A stretch of DNA of 64,000 nt from a bacterium (GCA_963669175.1 OY769902.1:5344001-5408000), one strand, 5' to 3'. Shown: positions 1 to 10,952, counted from the stretch's first letter. Numbers and translations are program-made. Notes: generated by a model from the letters alone, not told the origin.

Positions 1-1
1 C

Positions 2-262
2 GTAAGCAAACGCTGGTTCGATTTCAAAGGCATTTCCTACGCGCCGCAAATCGGTATCGGATACGATTTTTATAACGCCGGACCGGTACTCAGGTACAAC
101 TTCTTTGCTTTCGAGTTCGACCTTTCCCAAAGCACCTATATCCGCCTGGGCGTAGATCATGATGACCTGCTGGGAAGAGTAAAAGAATCCTCCAAAAACT
201 CCGATGATGAGGACGACTCGCACTGGAGTGACTGGATGATACAGTTCGGGTGGAAATTTTAA
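2..262 (+). CDS. 3' end of a probable outer-membrane beta-barrel protein (truncated by window edge)
   Basis: Frame open from nt 2 to TAA 260-262. It ends ...DWMIQFGWKF with an alternating aromatic pattern and terminal Phe, typical of a beta-signal. Confidence 0.6.
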   Translation, partial: VSKRWFDFKGISYAPQIGIGYDFYNAGPVLRYNFFAFEFDLSQSTYIRLGVDHDDLLGRVKESSKNSDDEDDSHWSDWMIQFGWKF

Positions 263-355
263 GAATTTTATTAACAATGACTTAGAATTTGTTTTTCTTT
301 TGCCTACTAATCGCTTTATCTTACTACTTATATTTGACAAGACTAAGGAGCACAA

Positions 356-3300
356 ATGTCCAGACCATACTTCAAAAGTAAGATTGAGGAATTGGAAAAG
401 TTATTTTGCGACTTTGATGACAATCTGGTTGTTTTAGACGAATTACATGAGGAGTTAATTCATCGTAACACCCTGCGTTCAAAGGAGTTATATGACAAAG
501 TCAGAGAAAGATATGCATTACTTATAAAGCAGAGTGATAATGAAAATAACTCCTCTATTATTACTGTTATGAATAAGACAGTAACTGATTCTTCTCTGAA
601 AACAAAATTTCCAGGAGAGATGATGAGCGATATGAGCACTATTCATACTAATAATAAGCAATTGGATAAGGACAAACAGCTTATTATAGATAAAATAGAG
701 GCACTACGCCCTAAATTACTCGATTTTAGTAGACGTAACCCATTGATATCTACAAACCATAGTCCGAGATCTGCTTCTTTTGTAAGGGTTGTTGACGAGT
801 TGCCTGATGTGTTATTATTCAAACTTAGCAACAATGAAAGAATGTATTTTGATCCACTTCCTCCCTTAGATATTGATCCTCTTGATGAGAACAGCGAAGA
901 ATTTCAGCATGCTTTATCTGAAGCGCATCTATTGGATGAAGAATATTTGAAGGCTTTGGAGGGTATTGATCCAACAGAAGAAAATGCAGCTATTGTTGAG
1001 CGCGAAGCAGAAAGAAGTTTGCGTGATCGACTTCGTGATAAACTTGGAATGGCACCGCGGCAAAAGAAGCATGATGTTCGTCTTGACCAACACGCAAAAA
1101 ACAATGGTATTTCACCTTCTTATGATCTTCCCAAACCCGTACCTGATGGAAAAGATGAGGAGCGCCATTTAGACGATGCAATACAAACACTATTGTTGCC
1201 AAATAAACTTGAGCGAAATGCCAAAGGCATCATTTCAAAAGCACGTACCTGGCAGCAAGAGACAGGCCTTAATGTGTTACATGCTGCAATTGGATTCCTT
1301 GAATGGACTGATCCAAATAATGAAAAGGTTTCAATTGCCCCACTTGTACTAATGCCCATTTTAATGACGCAGAAGCAGACAAGACAGGGCCCCAAAATAT
1401 GGGTCGAGGGTACTGGTGATCTCGCAGAAACCAACTATGTACTTACAGAGTTCTTTAAGCGCAATTTTTCATTGAACTTGCCGCCTTATGAAAAAGGATC
1501 AATTGAAGACTATATGGAACTCTTGGAGCAAAACCCGCTTTCAAAACTTAGGACACGCATTCGACGATTTGTAACCTTTGGCGTTTTCCCATCTGCCAGG
1601 ATGGCATTATTTCATGATTTAGACACCAGTAATCCCAATTTTTCTGTCAACAATATTGTTGACCAACTTCTATTAGGAGTCCCTGCGACAGCTACGACAC
1701 CTTTTGCTGAAGACTACGATGTGGATGAGCCAAAAATTGAATCAAAGGTGCCTCTTTTAGTTGCCGATGCAGATTCGTCACAATTCAGTGCCTTGGTTGA
1801 CATTGCGGATGGAAAAAACCTAGCTATTGAAGGGCCTCCCGGTACAGGAAAATCTCAGACCATTTTAAATGCTATTGCAACAGCGCTGTCCGATGGTAAA
1901 AAAGTACTTTTTGTTGCTGAGAAACTTGCGGCGCTTGAGGTAGTGAGATCCCGACTTGAGGACGTCGGCCTTGGGGAATATGTCCTACCACTTTTAGCTG
2001 ATCGTTCCTCACGTGAACAAATTATCAAATCTTTAAAAACACGAGTTAGTATGAATGATAGTGATTCTTCTGAAAATCTAAGTCTTTATAAATCACAGTT
2101 TTTAAAAGCTCGTGATGAAATTTCCGAATACATTGATATCCTTTCTCGACAATGGGCAGGAACCGATTTTCAAGTGTACCAAATTTTGGGAAGAGCAATC
2201 AATACACGAGACATCTTGGTTGATTTGCCAGATTGCATAAAAAAGCCACGTCCTATTCGTAATGGCATATTCTCACAAAATGATATTTCTCAACTTCACG
2301 AATTGGCGAATATCTTTCAGGATTGTATTCAAAACACAAAGAACACACATCCACTTTGGAATTATGTTGGCATTGAATACAACGATCCCTACTTAATTAA
2401 TGAGATATTAACCGATTTACAATTACTAGCAAGTTCCTATTTAGAGTTGAATTCCCTGAAAGATAAGCTTTTAGAAATGTGTTTACCTGACAATATTTCC
2501 ACAGAGGCATTAGTTAATATATATAATATTATTATTGCTATTATTAGCTATAGCGAGCATTACAATATTGACATAATCACTACTATTGTTAGCAATAATT
2601 ATCAGCGCCCATTATTTACTTATTACGACAATATCGTATCATTATCTTCTATCCATGATCAGCTTGCCAGTGTCATTAATTGCAATATCGACAATACATT
2701 GTTAGACTATCTCAATAACATAATTTCATATGCTTCCTTGTTTAATTTTTCCCATATTAATAGTAATAATATTGATTTTCTGCTAAATGATTTAAAACAT
2801 CGTATCAATTCATTAGAATACTATTTAAATTATTTACAGCCATTGGTAGAGAATACTCCCTTATTATCAAATGTTAGTATAAATATATTAACAGATATTG
2901 GTAATATTATCAACAAATATTCTGATATAGTTCTTATTAATGAAAATGTTATAATCTCTGATGCAAATAATCGCATTTTCTTGGAGAACTCGATAAAATA
3001 TATTCGACATTACAGACAGGAATATCTTGATTTAATGCAACTATTTACGCTTGACTCGCTTGATAATAACTATCCAGTTAATGAGATTCTTTGCGATATT
3101 AAAAATGCTGGCATATTTTCATTATTTTCATCCAAGTACAGAAATAGCAAACAATTATATAATAGCATAAGTAAAAGAAATGTATTTAATAAAACTGATG
3201 CAACAAATGACTTGCAGAAATTGTCCGATTGGAAGTCAAAAAATGAGAAGTATGATAATATTATCTCTGAAACAATGAGTAGACTCAAGTTAGGCAGAGA

Positions 3301-6070
3301 TATCGTCGAACAACCCAATAGCCTTTCAGAGCTTCTAAGATATAATCAAGACATTGAAGAAGTTTATCCTAAAATTCGAAATATTCAGATTCATACACTT
3401 TTAGATACTGCACCAGTAGAGGTATTGAGGGAATTGTCCTCACTTACCGAGTCTGAGGAAGATGTATCTTTTTCCGAACTTGAGGAACTGATCAATAATC
3501 TATACGGAAAAATGAATTCATTGGAAATGCTATACCAACTTACAACTAATATAGGAATGTATTTCAAGAATAGTTCAAACATACCTATTAATGATATCAG
3601 GGAGACTGCTGTTAAGGTTAGTGAATATATAGAACTACAGAACAGTATCGATAATTGTAATGTGGCAAGTATTTTAAAGAAACAATATGATGACATAGTA
3701 TATAGTAATGATATACTTAAGAAAGTAGTAGAAATAACCATAATGATTACTTCTAATGATCATAAGGACACTATAACATATTTATTGAAATGGGGAAAAG
3801 GTAGAATAAAAGAATGTAAAGAATTAATAAACAAATATAACAACATTATAAGCGAAATAGATATTATTCAAAATAACATAAGTAGAAATGCTATACTATC
3901 CGATAAATGGCATGCAAATGTCATCGCAAATACACCTTTAGAACAATACTATAAATCTGCCAGCAATGATAAAACTGGTTTAATAAGTAAAATAAACTTA
4001 AACAATATCATAAAGGAGTTGGAAGAATATGGCTTAAAAGAAGAAATACAAGCCATATTAAACTGCAATGACATTATAGATATTCCTAAAATTTTTGAGG
4101 CTATGTTATATCAAATTATGGCACGTGAAGTCTATCAAAAATATGGAAATCGCCTGTCTTATTATAATGGTATGAGATTAACAGACCTTAGAAAAAAGGT
4201 TGCCCAATTAGATAAGAAAATCATTAAGCTAGAAAAAAAAGAACTTAGAATGAAATTAAAAAATGAAGCCTGTCCTCCGCCAGGGATTGGCAGGGGGAGA
4301 AAATCTGATTACACGGAGATGTCATTAATTCACCATGAAGTACAAAAGAAAAAGAGATATATCCCTGTAAGGGATTTAGTTCACAGAGCGGGAAAAAGCT
4401 TACTGGAATTGAAACCCTGTTGGATGATGTCACCTCTTGCTATTGCACAATATCTTGCGAAAGGCGAGCTGAATTTTGACTTGTGTATTATTGACGAAGC
4501 ATCACAGATGCCTCCAGAAGATGCAATTGGTGCATTATTGCGTTCAAATAGAGCTGTTATTGTTGGCGATACAAATCAACTTCCACCAACAAATTTTTTT
4601 AGAAAGATGTACGACGAGGAAGAGGAGGAGGAAGAGGATCTCGCAACCCTGGAGGAGTCAATTCTTCAGATGGCAAACAATGTCTTTTATCCTGCACGGC
4701 GCCTAAAATGGCACTATCGATCACGTCACTCCAGCCTTATTAACTTTTCTAATAGACTGGTATATGACGATGAACTAGTTGTTTTCCCTTCTGCAAATGA
4801 ATCAGTGAAAAATATGGGGGTTTTCCTTATTGAAACAGAAGGGCTTTATAGTACAGGCACAAATCCGAAAGAGGCTGATACTATAGTTAATTACACACTT
4901 GAGCACATGCACAATGATTCAGAACGGTCCCTCGGAATTGTAACAATGAACCAAAAACAGCGTGATCTTCTTATTGAAAAAATGGAATACTCTATTTCAC
5001 GAGACAAGAAAGCACAAAAATATATCCAACAGTGGAGAGAAAAAGACGGTGGCCTGTACGAGTTCTTCATTAAGAACTTAGAAAATGTTCAAGGTGATGA
5101 GCGCGATGTAATTTTCATAGGCACTGTTTTTGGTCCCCCTAGAAAGGGAGCCCCCTTTGTTCAGCGATTTGGACCAATAAATGGAATTGCAGGAAAGCGA
5201 AGGCTAAATGTACTATTTTCACGTGCCCGCGAAAAAACAGTCACCTTTACGTCACTAAATGCCGCACAAATAGCTGTAGATGAAAATGCTAACCCTGGTG
5301 TCTATATGCTTAGGCGATGGTTAGAATATTCAAAAACAAGGCAGCTTGATGGAGGAACAGTTGGAAAACAACAAGCAGATTCGCCACTTGAAGAGTACGT
5401 CGCTGATCAAATCAAGAGTTTGGGACTAGAAGTTGAACATCAAGTCGGTGTGGCAGGATATTTCATTGATTTAGGATTAAGACACCCTGAATGGCCTTAT
5501 GGTTTTTTATTAGGAGTAGAATGTGATGGTGCCTCCTATCACTCTTCAAAATCTGCACGAGATCGGGATAGACTCAGGCAAGAAGTATTGGAAGATCGAG
5601 GATGGGTCCTTCACAGGATATGGTCAACTGATTGGTTTTTGGATCATAAAGCAGAAATTGCAAGGCTAAGAGTCGTCATTGACAAAAGACTAAGCGAATT
5701 GAAGAAAATCGAAAATGAATTTCTATATAAACCGGTAGTGCCAGAAGAGCCCGATGAATTTGAATTTGTTGAAGAAGAAAGAGAGGTGGATACTCTATTT
5801 GATGAGAGCATATTGGAACAAGCGAATGAGGAGGAATCAGAGGACATCGGTATTAGTACAGGTTACACTGTTCGTGTAAAATACATTGGATCAGAACTTC
5901 CAGATTATAAGTTTACTATTATTAAAGGACTGACCAACAAAGATAAAAACCTAGTCAATGTTGATGCCCCCATTTGCCGAGCAGTACTCGGAAGAGAGAT
6001 TGGTGATGAGGTGCAGATACCTTTACGTGATAGACTTGTACCTGTTAGAATCGAATCAGCAACTGTATAA
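356..6070 (+). CDS. DUF4011 - SF1 (DNA2/NAM7-like) helicase - Vsr/DUF559-like nuclease protein with C-terminal GreA/GreB-C-like domain; Hhe-like putative anti-phage protein
   Basis: DUF4011 start LLDFSRRNPLI; Walker A EGPPGTGKSQTI; CWMMSPL; IIDEASQ; VGDTNQLPPT; LKWHYRSRH; KNLENVQGDERD; RRLNVLFSRAR; nuclease QVGVAGYFIDLG..GVECDGASYH..DRDRLRQEVLE..GW..HRIWSTDW; C-terminal APICRAVLGREIGDEV. RBS AAGGAG; AT-rich. Confidence 0.85.
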   Translation: MSRPYFKSKIEELEKLFCDFDDNLVVLDELHEELIHRNTLRSKELYDKVRERYALLIKQSDNENNSSIITVMNKTVTDSSLKTKFPGEMMSDMSTIHTNNKQLDKDKQLIIDKIEALRPKLLDFSRRNPLISTNHSPRSASFVRVVDELPDVLLFKLSNNERMYFDPLPPLDIDPLDENSEEFQHALSEAHLLDEEYLKALEGIDPTEENAAIVEREAERSLRDRLRDKLGMAPRQKKHDVRLDQHAKNNGISPSYDLPKPVPDGKDEERHLDDAIQTLLLPNKLERNAKGIISKARTWQQETGLNVLHAAIGFLEWTDPNNEKVSIAPLVLMPILMTQKQTRQGPKIWVEGTGDLAETNYVLTEFFKRNFSLNLPPYEKGSIEDYMELLEQNPLSKLRTRIRRFVTFGVFPSARMALFHDLDTSNPNFSVNNIVDQLLLGVPATATTPFAEDYDVDEPKIESKVPLLVADADSSQFSALVDIADGKNLAIEGPPGTGKSQTILNAIATALSDGKKVLFVAEKLAALEVVRSRLEDVGLGEYVLPLLADRSSREQIIKSLKTRVSMNDSDSSENLSLYKSQFLKARDEISEYIDILSRQWAGTDFQVYQILGRAINTRDILVDLPDCIKKPRPIRNGIFSQNDISQLHELANIFQDCIQNTKNTHPLWNYVGIEYNDPYLINEILTDLQLLASSYLELNSLKDKLLEMCLPDNISTEALVNIYNIIIAIISYSEHYNIDIITTIVSNNYQRPLFTYYDNIVSLSSIHDQLASVINCNIDNTLLDYLNNIISYASLFNFSHINSNNIDFLLNDLKHRINSLEYYLNYLQPLVENTPLLSNVSINILTDIGNIINKYSDIVLINENVIISDANNRIFLENSIKYIRHYRQEYLDLMQLFTLDSLDNNYPVNEILCDIKNAGIFSLFSSKYRNSKQLYNSISKRNVFNKTDATNDLQKLSDWKSKNEKYDNIISETMSRLKLGRDIVEQPNSLSELLRYNQDIEEVYPKIRNIQIHTLLDTAPVEVLRELSSLTESEEDVSFSELEELINNLYGKMNSLEMLYQLTTNIGMYFKNSSNIPINDIRETAVKVSEYIELQNSIDNCNVASILKKQYDDIVYSNDILKKVVEITIMITSNDHKDTITYLLKWGKGRIKECKELINKYNNIISEIDIIQNNISRNAILSDKWHANVIANTPLEQYYKSASNDKTGLISKINLNNIIKELEEYGLKEEIQAILNCNDIIDIPKIFEAMLYQIMAREVYQKYGNRLSYYNGMRLTDLRKKVAQLDKKIIKLEKKELRMKLKNEACPPPGIGRGRKSDYTEMSLIHHEVQKKKRYIPVRDLVHRAGKSLLELKPCWMMSPLAIAQYLAKGELNFDLCIIDEASQMPPEDAIGALLRSNRAVIVGDTNQLPPTNFFRKMYDEEEEEEEDLATLEESILQMANNVFYPARRLKWHYRSRHSSLINFSNRLVYDDELVVFPSANESVKNMGVFLIETEGLYSTGTNPKEADTIVNYTLEHMHNDSERSLGIVTMNQKQRDLLIEKMEYSISRDKKAQKYIQQWREKDGGLYEFFIKNLENVQGDERDVIFIGTVFGPPRKGAPFVQRFGPINGIAGKRRLNVLFSRAREKTVTFTSLNAAQIAVDENANPGVYMLRRWLEYSKTRQLDGGTVGKQQADSPLEEYVADQIKSLGLEVEHQVGVAGYFIDLGLRHPEWPYGFLLGVECDGASYHSSKSARDRDRLRQEVLEDRGWVLHRIWSTDWFLDHKAEIARLRVVIDKRLSELKKIENEFLYKPVVPEEPDEFEFVEEEREVDTLFDESILEQANEEESEDIGISTGYTVRVKYIGSELPDYKFTIIKGLTNKDKNLVNVDAPICRAVLGREIGDEVQIPLRDRLVPVRIESATV

Positions 6071-6090
6071 ACAGAATACAAACAAGATTG

Positions 6091-6516
6091 TCAGGGCATT
6101 TCTACTCCATTCCTGATTGCCGCCCGCCTGATCAGGACAATCGCCTGGCGCACCGGCTCACGCAATTGCGGTGACGGATCTTCCGCGTAAACCCGCAATA
6201 CCGGGAGATGCGGAACGATACCGTCGGGGATTACCTGTGCGATATGCCCCAGCGCCAGGGCGGCATTGGGACAATTGTTGCCGGATTCTTCGTTCAGCAT
6301 CCACATCAGGCGACGGGCATGATCCAGCATGGTTTCACGATCCAACACCTTCGCTGCAATCTGGTACGCTTCCAACGTGGCTTCCAGCTTCATTTCACCG
6401 GTCTCGTGCAAGCGTGACATCAGCTTACGCAAACGCCCTGGACGTTCATCCAGCAGACGTCCGATTTCCGGGTAGTTCCGGTCATTTATCGCCGCATCAA
6501 GTATATCGCGTTCCAT
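6091..6516 (-). CDS. DVU0298-family HEAT-like repeat protein
   Basis: Motif RRLMWMLNEESG..A..ALGHI resembles the DVU0298 family; RBS GAGGA. Confidence 0.6.
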   Translation of the reverse strand: MERDILDAAINDRNYPEIGRLLDERPGRLRKLMSRLHETGEMKLEATLEAYQIAAKVLDRETMLDHARRLMWMLNEESGNNCPNAALALGHIAQVIPDGIVPHLPVLRVYAEDPSPQLREPVRQAIVLIRRAAIRNGVEMP

Positions 6517-6534
6517 GTGTCTATCCTCTTCGTT

Positions 6535-7860
6535 TCACTGTTTCGCTGCATGACGGCCAGCCACTCGCCCGGCTCGCGCCGCCGACTCCATTGTAGCAGG
6601 CAGCCCGGTCGCCGACCAGTCGCTGGCGTAGTAGAAGCCTTCCGCCTGGAGCAGGCGCGGACGTCTCAACCCCGGTTTCAGGGATGGTGTCGCATGGATG
6701 TACGGCCTGATCTCGACGTCACCAACCGGATCATCGCTGGTGAAGTACTTACGTGTGAGATCCAGAAACTCACGTTTCATCGCTTCACGATCCACCGTCA
6801 CCGAACTGTCCAGCCCGCTCACGATCCGTTCCAATTGCACACCGCCCTCAGGGTGCGACTCGGCGAACCAGGCAGGGTCCTCGTCGCTCAGTTCCGCCAT
6901 GGGGCCGGGTTCGACATCCAGGTGATTGTACCGGGCACGGCAAGTCACAATCGTCCCCCCCTCAACTTTGCCCATCGCCGTCGCGTCCGTTAGATGCTGC
7001 AACGGTTCACAGGTTGCCAGCATTCCCAGGCGATTAAACGGAGCCGTAAGGATGATGCGATCAAATGCCTGTTCCGTTTCACCCGCTTTTACAAACCATT
7101 TCCCGTCTCTGGGAATAATTTCGGACACCAGTGTCCGTAAATAAACCTGTACCCCTTTTTCCTTCAATTTCCCCGGCGCTGCATCCGAAAGCAAAGCCCC
7201 CGGATTACCGATACTCCAGCCCGCTTCCTTGGGATTTGCTGACATGGTGCGTTTCAGGACGACTAAAAACGGGGCGCTGGCGGTATCGAGATGGGAAAGG
7301 TTGAAGATGGAACGCGCCAGGGGACGTCCGATCCGGCGTTGGAACTCTTTCGGCCAGCGTGTTGTCTCGAACAGTTCCTGTATGTTTCCTTCAGGGATGG
7401 TGACAAACGGTTGTGTAGCGTCGCCGGCCAGGTCGTCATCGTCCGGTTCCGGGGCAGCCAGTTTTACAGCGCGCAACATGCTGAACAAAGATTCTGTACG
7501 TGTCCCGAAAGGAAGCAGGTCAGATCCCAGTAACGAGGTCACCGTAGCCAGGGGACCGAGGGTCGGATGTTGAAAATGCCAGAAAGGCCGGCCTTTCTCC
7601 AGCAGTACACCAAGAGCCAGCGGTTTCATGACCAGGTGCTGACGTGTTCCCAGTTGATCCAGCAACCAGAGGAAGTCGGTATAGGCGCTGGTCGCAAGGT
7701 GACGTCCTGTCTCCCACGTCTTCCCGCCACCGGCACGCCCGCCCAGGTGCTGCATCGCTTCGAACAGGGTAACGTCCGCGCCATGCTCCCTGGCCTCCAG
7801 CGCCGCACACAACCCGGCAATTCCACCGCCAACGATTCCTATTGTAACTGGTTTTTCCAT
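6535..7860 (-). CDS. FAD-dependent oxidoreductase, HpnE / hydroxysqualene dehydroxylase-like
   Basis: Rossmann motif IVGGGIAGLCAA..LFEA..LGGRA; ETGRH; C-terminal ASDWSATGLPATMESAARAG. Start placed at ATG 7860. Confidence 0.7.
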   Translation of the reverse strand: MEKPVTIGIVGGGIAGLCAALEAREHGADVTLFEAMQHLGGRAGGGKTWETGRHLATSAYTDFLWLLDQLGTRQHLVMKPLALGVLLEKGRPFWHFQHPTLGPLATVTSLLGSDLLPFGTRTESLFSMLRAVKLAAPEPDDDDLAGDATQPFVTIPEGNIQELFETTRWPKEFQRRIGRPLARSIFNLSHLDTASAPFLVVLKRTMSANPKEAGWSIGNPGALLSDAAPGKLKEKGVQVYLRTLVSEIIPRDGKWFVKAGETEQAFDRIILTAPFNRLGMLATCEPLQHLTDATAMGKVEGGTIVTCRARYNHLDVEPGPMAELSDEDPAWFAESHPEGGVQLERIVSGLDSSVTVDREAMKREFLDLTRKYFTSDDPVGDVEIRPYIHATPSLKPGLRRPRLLQAEGFYYASDWSATGLPATMESAARAGRVAGRHAAKQ

Positions 7861-8176
7861 CCTTGTTCCGTCTGAAGTCAAGCCCATGACAAAGTAGGAA
7901 AACACGAACGGCAACGGTAGACTATTCGACTAGAATTTTTCTATATGATAGCCCGGCTACCTGTGCGTCTTCTAGTGTATGCCAGGCCGGAGAAATTCCC
8001 ATGTCATCCCCGGCTTTACCGGGGATCTCGAGGTTCACAGAGTAGTATCTTCATATTCCATACATAATCCCGGCCAGGCATGGCCGGGCTACCTTTTTAC
8101 CTTCTTTACCCCAATCACCTTCTTTACCTCAATCACTTTCTTTACCTTACAGCAAATCATCAGGCAAGGAGAGTAC

Positions 8177-9766
8177 GTGAAACTACTTCTGCTGAACAGC
8201 GACCGGTTCGTTTCCGCTTTTCGCAAGCTGGGGCATGAAGTTGTTACGGCTGGTTGCAAACCGGCGCTGGATATCGTGATGCACCCGGACGAGTACACTC
8301 TTGCCAACATTCGCCGCCAACTCCCCTTCACACCGGACGCTATCATTGTTGAACTGTGGAGCGATCATGCTTTTGTCACCGACCTGACCGAGGCAGAATG
8401 TCCCCTAATCGCGTATATCATTGATTCCACCCTGAACCGTTACTGGATACGGGATTACGGCCATGTGTTTGACCGTATTCTGGTGGACCATTTTGCCGAT
8501 ATTCCTGTCTACCGTAAACATGGTCTCGATGCTCACTGGTTGCCCTTGAGTGTGAATGCGAGCCGTTTGCCGGACCTGAAACCGAACCGTTCTTACGACC
8601 ATGACATTGTATTTGTCGGACGCATTCAACCGTTCCGAAAGAAGCGGCAGTGGTTGCTGGACCTTCTATCCGACCATTTTACTGTCCATATCGCGGGTGG
8701 TGACGGGAAGGATTATCTACGTCCGCGCGAGATGTATGAGCTGTTCTCCCGAAGCCGCATCATCCTGAATGAAAACCTGTTCGATGGCTGGACGATGCGG
8801 ATGATTGAAGGCGCCGGATGTGGATCGCTTCTGTTCAGCGAAACCGTATCCCCGGAAAATGGCGCCCTGCTCCGAAACCATGAGCACCTGGCTTTCTTCA
8901 CTCCGGACAATGTGCTGGAAGAAGCGCATTTTTTTCTGGATCAGGATGCGGAACGTGAGCAGATTGCAGCCCACGGACGTGACGAGGTGCTGGCAAACCA
9001 TACCCATCTTCAACGTGCAAACGCCATCCTCGCACACATTCATGAGTGTGATACAGCCAGAAGGTTACGAGTTCCCCAGGCAGTTCGTGACGCCCATGCC
9101 GCCAAAGCGTTTCGCCTGGTGATGCTGCGCTGGCCGTTGCTGGCGAAACAGTTGGGCGCATTTGCGGAAACTGCCGCACGGACGGGATTGGCACAGGGTA
9201 TTCTTGTCGATGAAATGTCGCTCCTGTTGGGACGTCTCATCGGGCAATGGTCCGATCATGTTGCTGAAGCTACGTCCCTGCTGGAACAGGCCTTTCATGA
9301 GAATCCGGACAATATCGAAACACGGCTGGCGCTTTACGAGATATACACTCGGGCCGGAAAACATCAGGCTGCGTTACACATTCTTTATCCCGTTTTTTCG
9401 GGACCGGAACATGCGTCGTCTGAACGCACAACCTGGATGACAATCGCTGATTTTCTGGTGCAGCAGGATCGAAAATCATTCAGGGGATATGTTCCGACTA
9501 TCGAGGATCGTTTCCCCGTAACGGCGGAACAGTACTACTACCGCGCCCGGGAAACAGGCGACCCATTGGCGCGCTGGCAACTGACTGAACTGACGGCTGA
9601 GATGGGAAATGAAAGTAATGCTTATGTGGACATACTACCGCTTATGGGCAAATATGATTTCACTGCGGATCAGGTCCGGCAAATGGCTGCCTGGGCGCGA
9701 GCATCCTATCGACCGGATGAAGCGACAAAACTGGAAACAGTCAGCAGACAGCTTGGAGACGTATAG
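8177..9766 (+). CDS. Glycosyltransferase (CgeB / Glyco_trans_1_2-like) with C-terminal TPR-like helices
   Basis: DIVFVGRI, SRIILNE, MRMIEGAGCGSLLFSE, EREQIAAHGRDEVLANHTHLQRA. GTG start at 8177 follows AAGGAGAG. Confidence 0.75.
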   Translation: MKLLLLNSDRFVSAFRKLGHEVVTAGCKPALDIVMHPDEYTLANIRRQLPFTPDAIIVELWSDHAFVTDLTEAECPLIAYIIDSTLNRYWIRDYGHVFDRILVDHFADIPVYRKHGLDAHWLPLSVNASRLPDLKPNRSYDHDIVFVGRIQPFRKKRQWLLDLLSDHFTVHIAGGDGKDYLRPREMYELFSRSRIILNENLFDGWTMRMIEGAGCGSLLFSETVSPENGALLRNHEHLAFFTPDNVLEEAHFFLDQDAEREQIAAHGRDEVLANHTHLQRANAILAHIHECDTARRLRVPQAVRDAHAAKAFRLVMLRWPLLAKQLGAFAETAARTGLAQGILVDEMSLLLGRLIGQWSDHVAEATSLLEQAFHENPDNIETRLALYEIYTRAGKHQAALHILYPVFSGPEHASSERTTWMTIADFLVQQDRKSFRGYVPTIEDRFPVTAEQYYYRARETGDPLARWQLTELTAEMGNESNAYVDILPLMGKYDFTADQVRQMAAWARASYRPDEATKLETVSRQLGDV

Positions 9767-9778
9767 TATGCCTTACCA

Positions 9779-9808
9779 CAAAAACCCACATCCAAACGGA
9801 TGTGGGTT
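9779..9808. terminator. Intrinsic terminator between convergent glycosyltransferase and flagellin
   Basis: Hairpin AACCCACATCC-AAAC-GGATGTGGGTT preceded by an A-run (U-tract on minus strand). Confidence 0.7.
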
Positions 9809-9829
9809 ATGATTTCAAGTCTTGGACGC

Positions 9830-10714
9830 TTACCCGATCAATCCCGCCACCATCTGCGGCACCATGTTCGCCTGGGCCAGCATGGAAATGCCAGAATTGA
9901 AAAGAATCTGTGATTTCACGAAGTTGCTCATCTCGTTTGCGATGTCGGCATCACGGATCATGGATTCCGACGCCACCGCATTCTCTTTCGAGATCTTCAT
10001 ATTCAGCAGGGAATTCTGCAACCGTTCCACATAGGAACCAATACGGGTCCGTTCGGTATCCTTCGCATCAATAGCCGCATCGATGGATCCAATCGCGCGT
10101 TGGGCGTTCAGCGTGTTCAGGATGTTCACACCAGACGTCCCAGATCCGGCAAGGCCAAGTGCGCTCGCGGTCGAATCACGGAGCTGTACATAATAATAGT
10201 CCTGATCCCGGACGTTATAGGTACCGATATGGAACTTGATACCACTGGCCGTCGCAGCATTGTAGCCAAGTGATTGCGTATCACTGGAGAAACTCCCGTT
10301 GATCAAATACAGACCATTGTAATTGGTCGTATTGGCGATACGTGTAATCTCGCTCCGTAACTGGGAGAATTCCACATTCAGGTAGGTGCGGTCCAGACTT
10401 GTCAACGCACCGTTGGAGGCCTGAACTGCAAGGGCGCGCATGCGAATCAACTTCTCATCAATCACCGACAGGGCGCCTTCTGCGGTCGCCAGCAGGTTGA
10501 TGTTGTAGTTGATGTTCTTTTCCGCCTCATCCATGGAGGAAATCTGCGCACGCATACGTTCGCTCACCGCCAATCCTGCAGGATCATCCCAGGCATAGTT
10601 AATGCGAAGGCCAGATGACAAGCGGTTGACAGCCGTGTCGAGATTCTGCTGGGATGTAAATACATTCCGTTGAGCAGTCAACGAAAGCACGTTGTGGTTG
10701 ATGCGGGTACTCAT
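9830..10714 (-). CDS. fliC: Flagellin (short, about 294 aa)
   Basis: N-terminus RINHN..RLSSGLRIN..DDPAGLAVSE; C-terminus ESMIRDADIANEMSNFVKSQIL..SMLAQAN; RBS AGGAGG before ATG 10714. Confidence 0.95.
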   Translation of the reverse strand: MSTRINHNVLSLTAQRNVFTSQQNLDTAVNRLSSGLRINYAWDDPAGLAVSERMRAQISSMDEAEKNINYNINLLATAEGALSVIDEKLIRMRALAVQASNGALTSLDRTYLNVEFSQLRSEITRIANTTNYNGLYLINGSFSSDTQSLGYNAATASGIKFHIGTYNVRDQDYYYVQLRDSTASALGLAGSGTSGVNILNTLNAQRAIGSIDAAIDAKDTERTRIGSYVERLQNSLLNMKISKENAVASESMIRDADIANEMSNFVKSQILFNSGISMLAQANMVPQMVAGLIG

Positions 10715-10952
10715 AAGCCCTCCTGGTCCACCCAATCAGGGACATGCCCTACGTTTCCACCCCGCAACTGCTGATACAAGCAGCCGCCGGTTGGTTCACA
10801 TGCTAAATGCTGTGATGGGAGCTTGAGGTACAAGAAAGGTGTGTCTGGAGAATTTCCGGACGCGCATGACAGCCACCTGTCCAAAACCTCAATTGTACGG
10901 CAAGAGCTTTGAGCAACTAAATTAGCCAGGGGAATTACCTTTTCTATTTACT

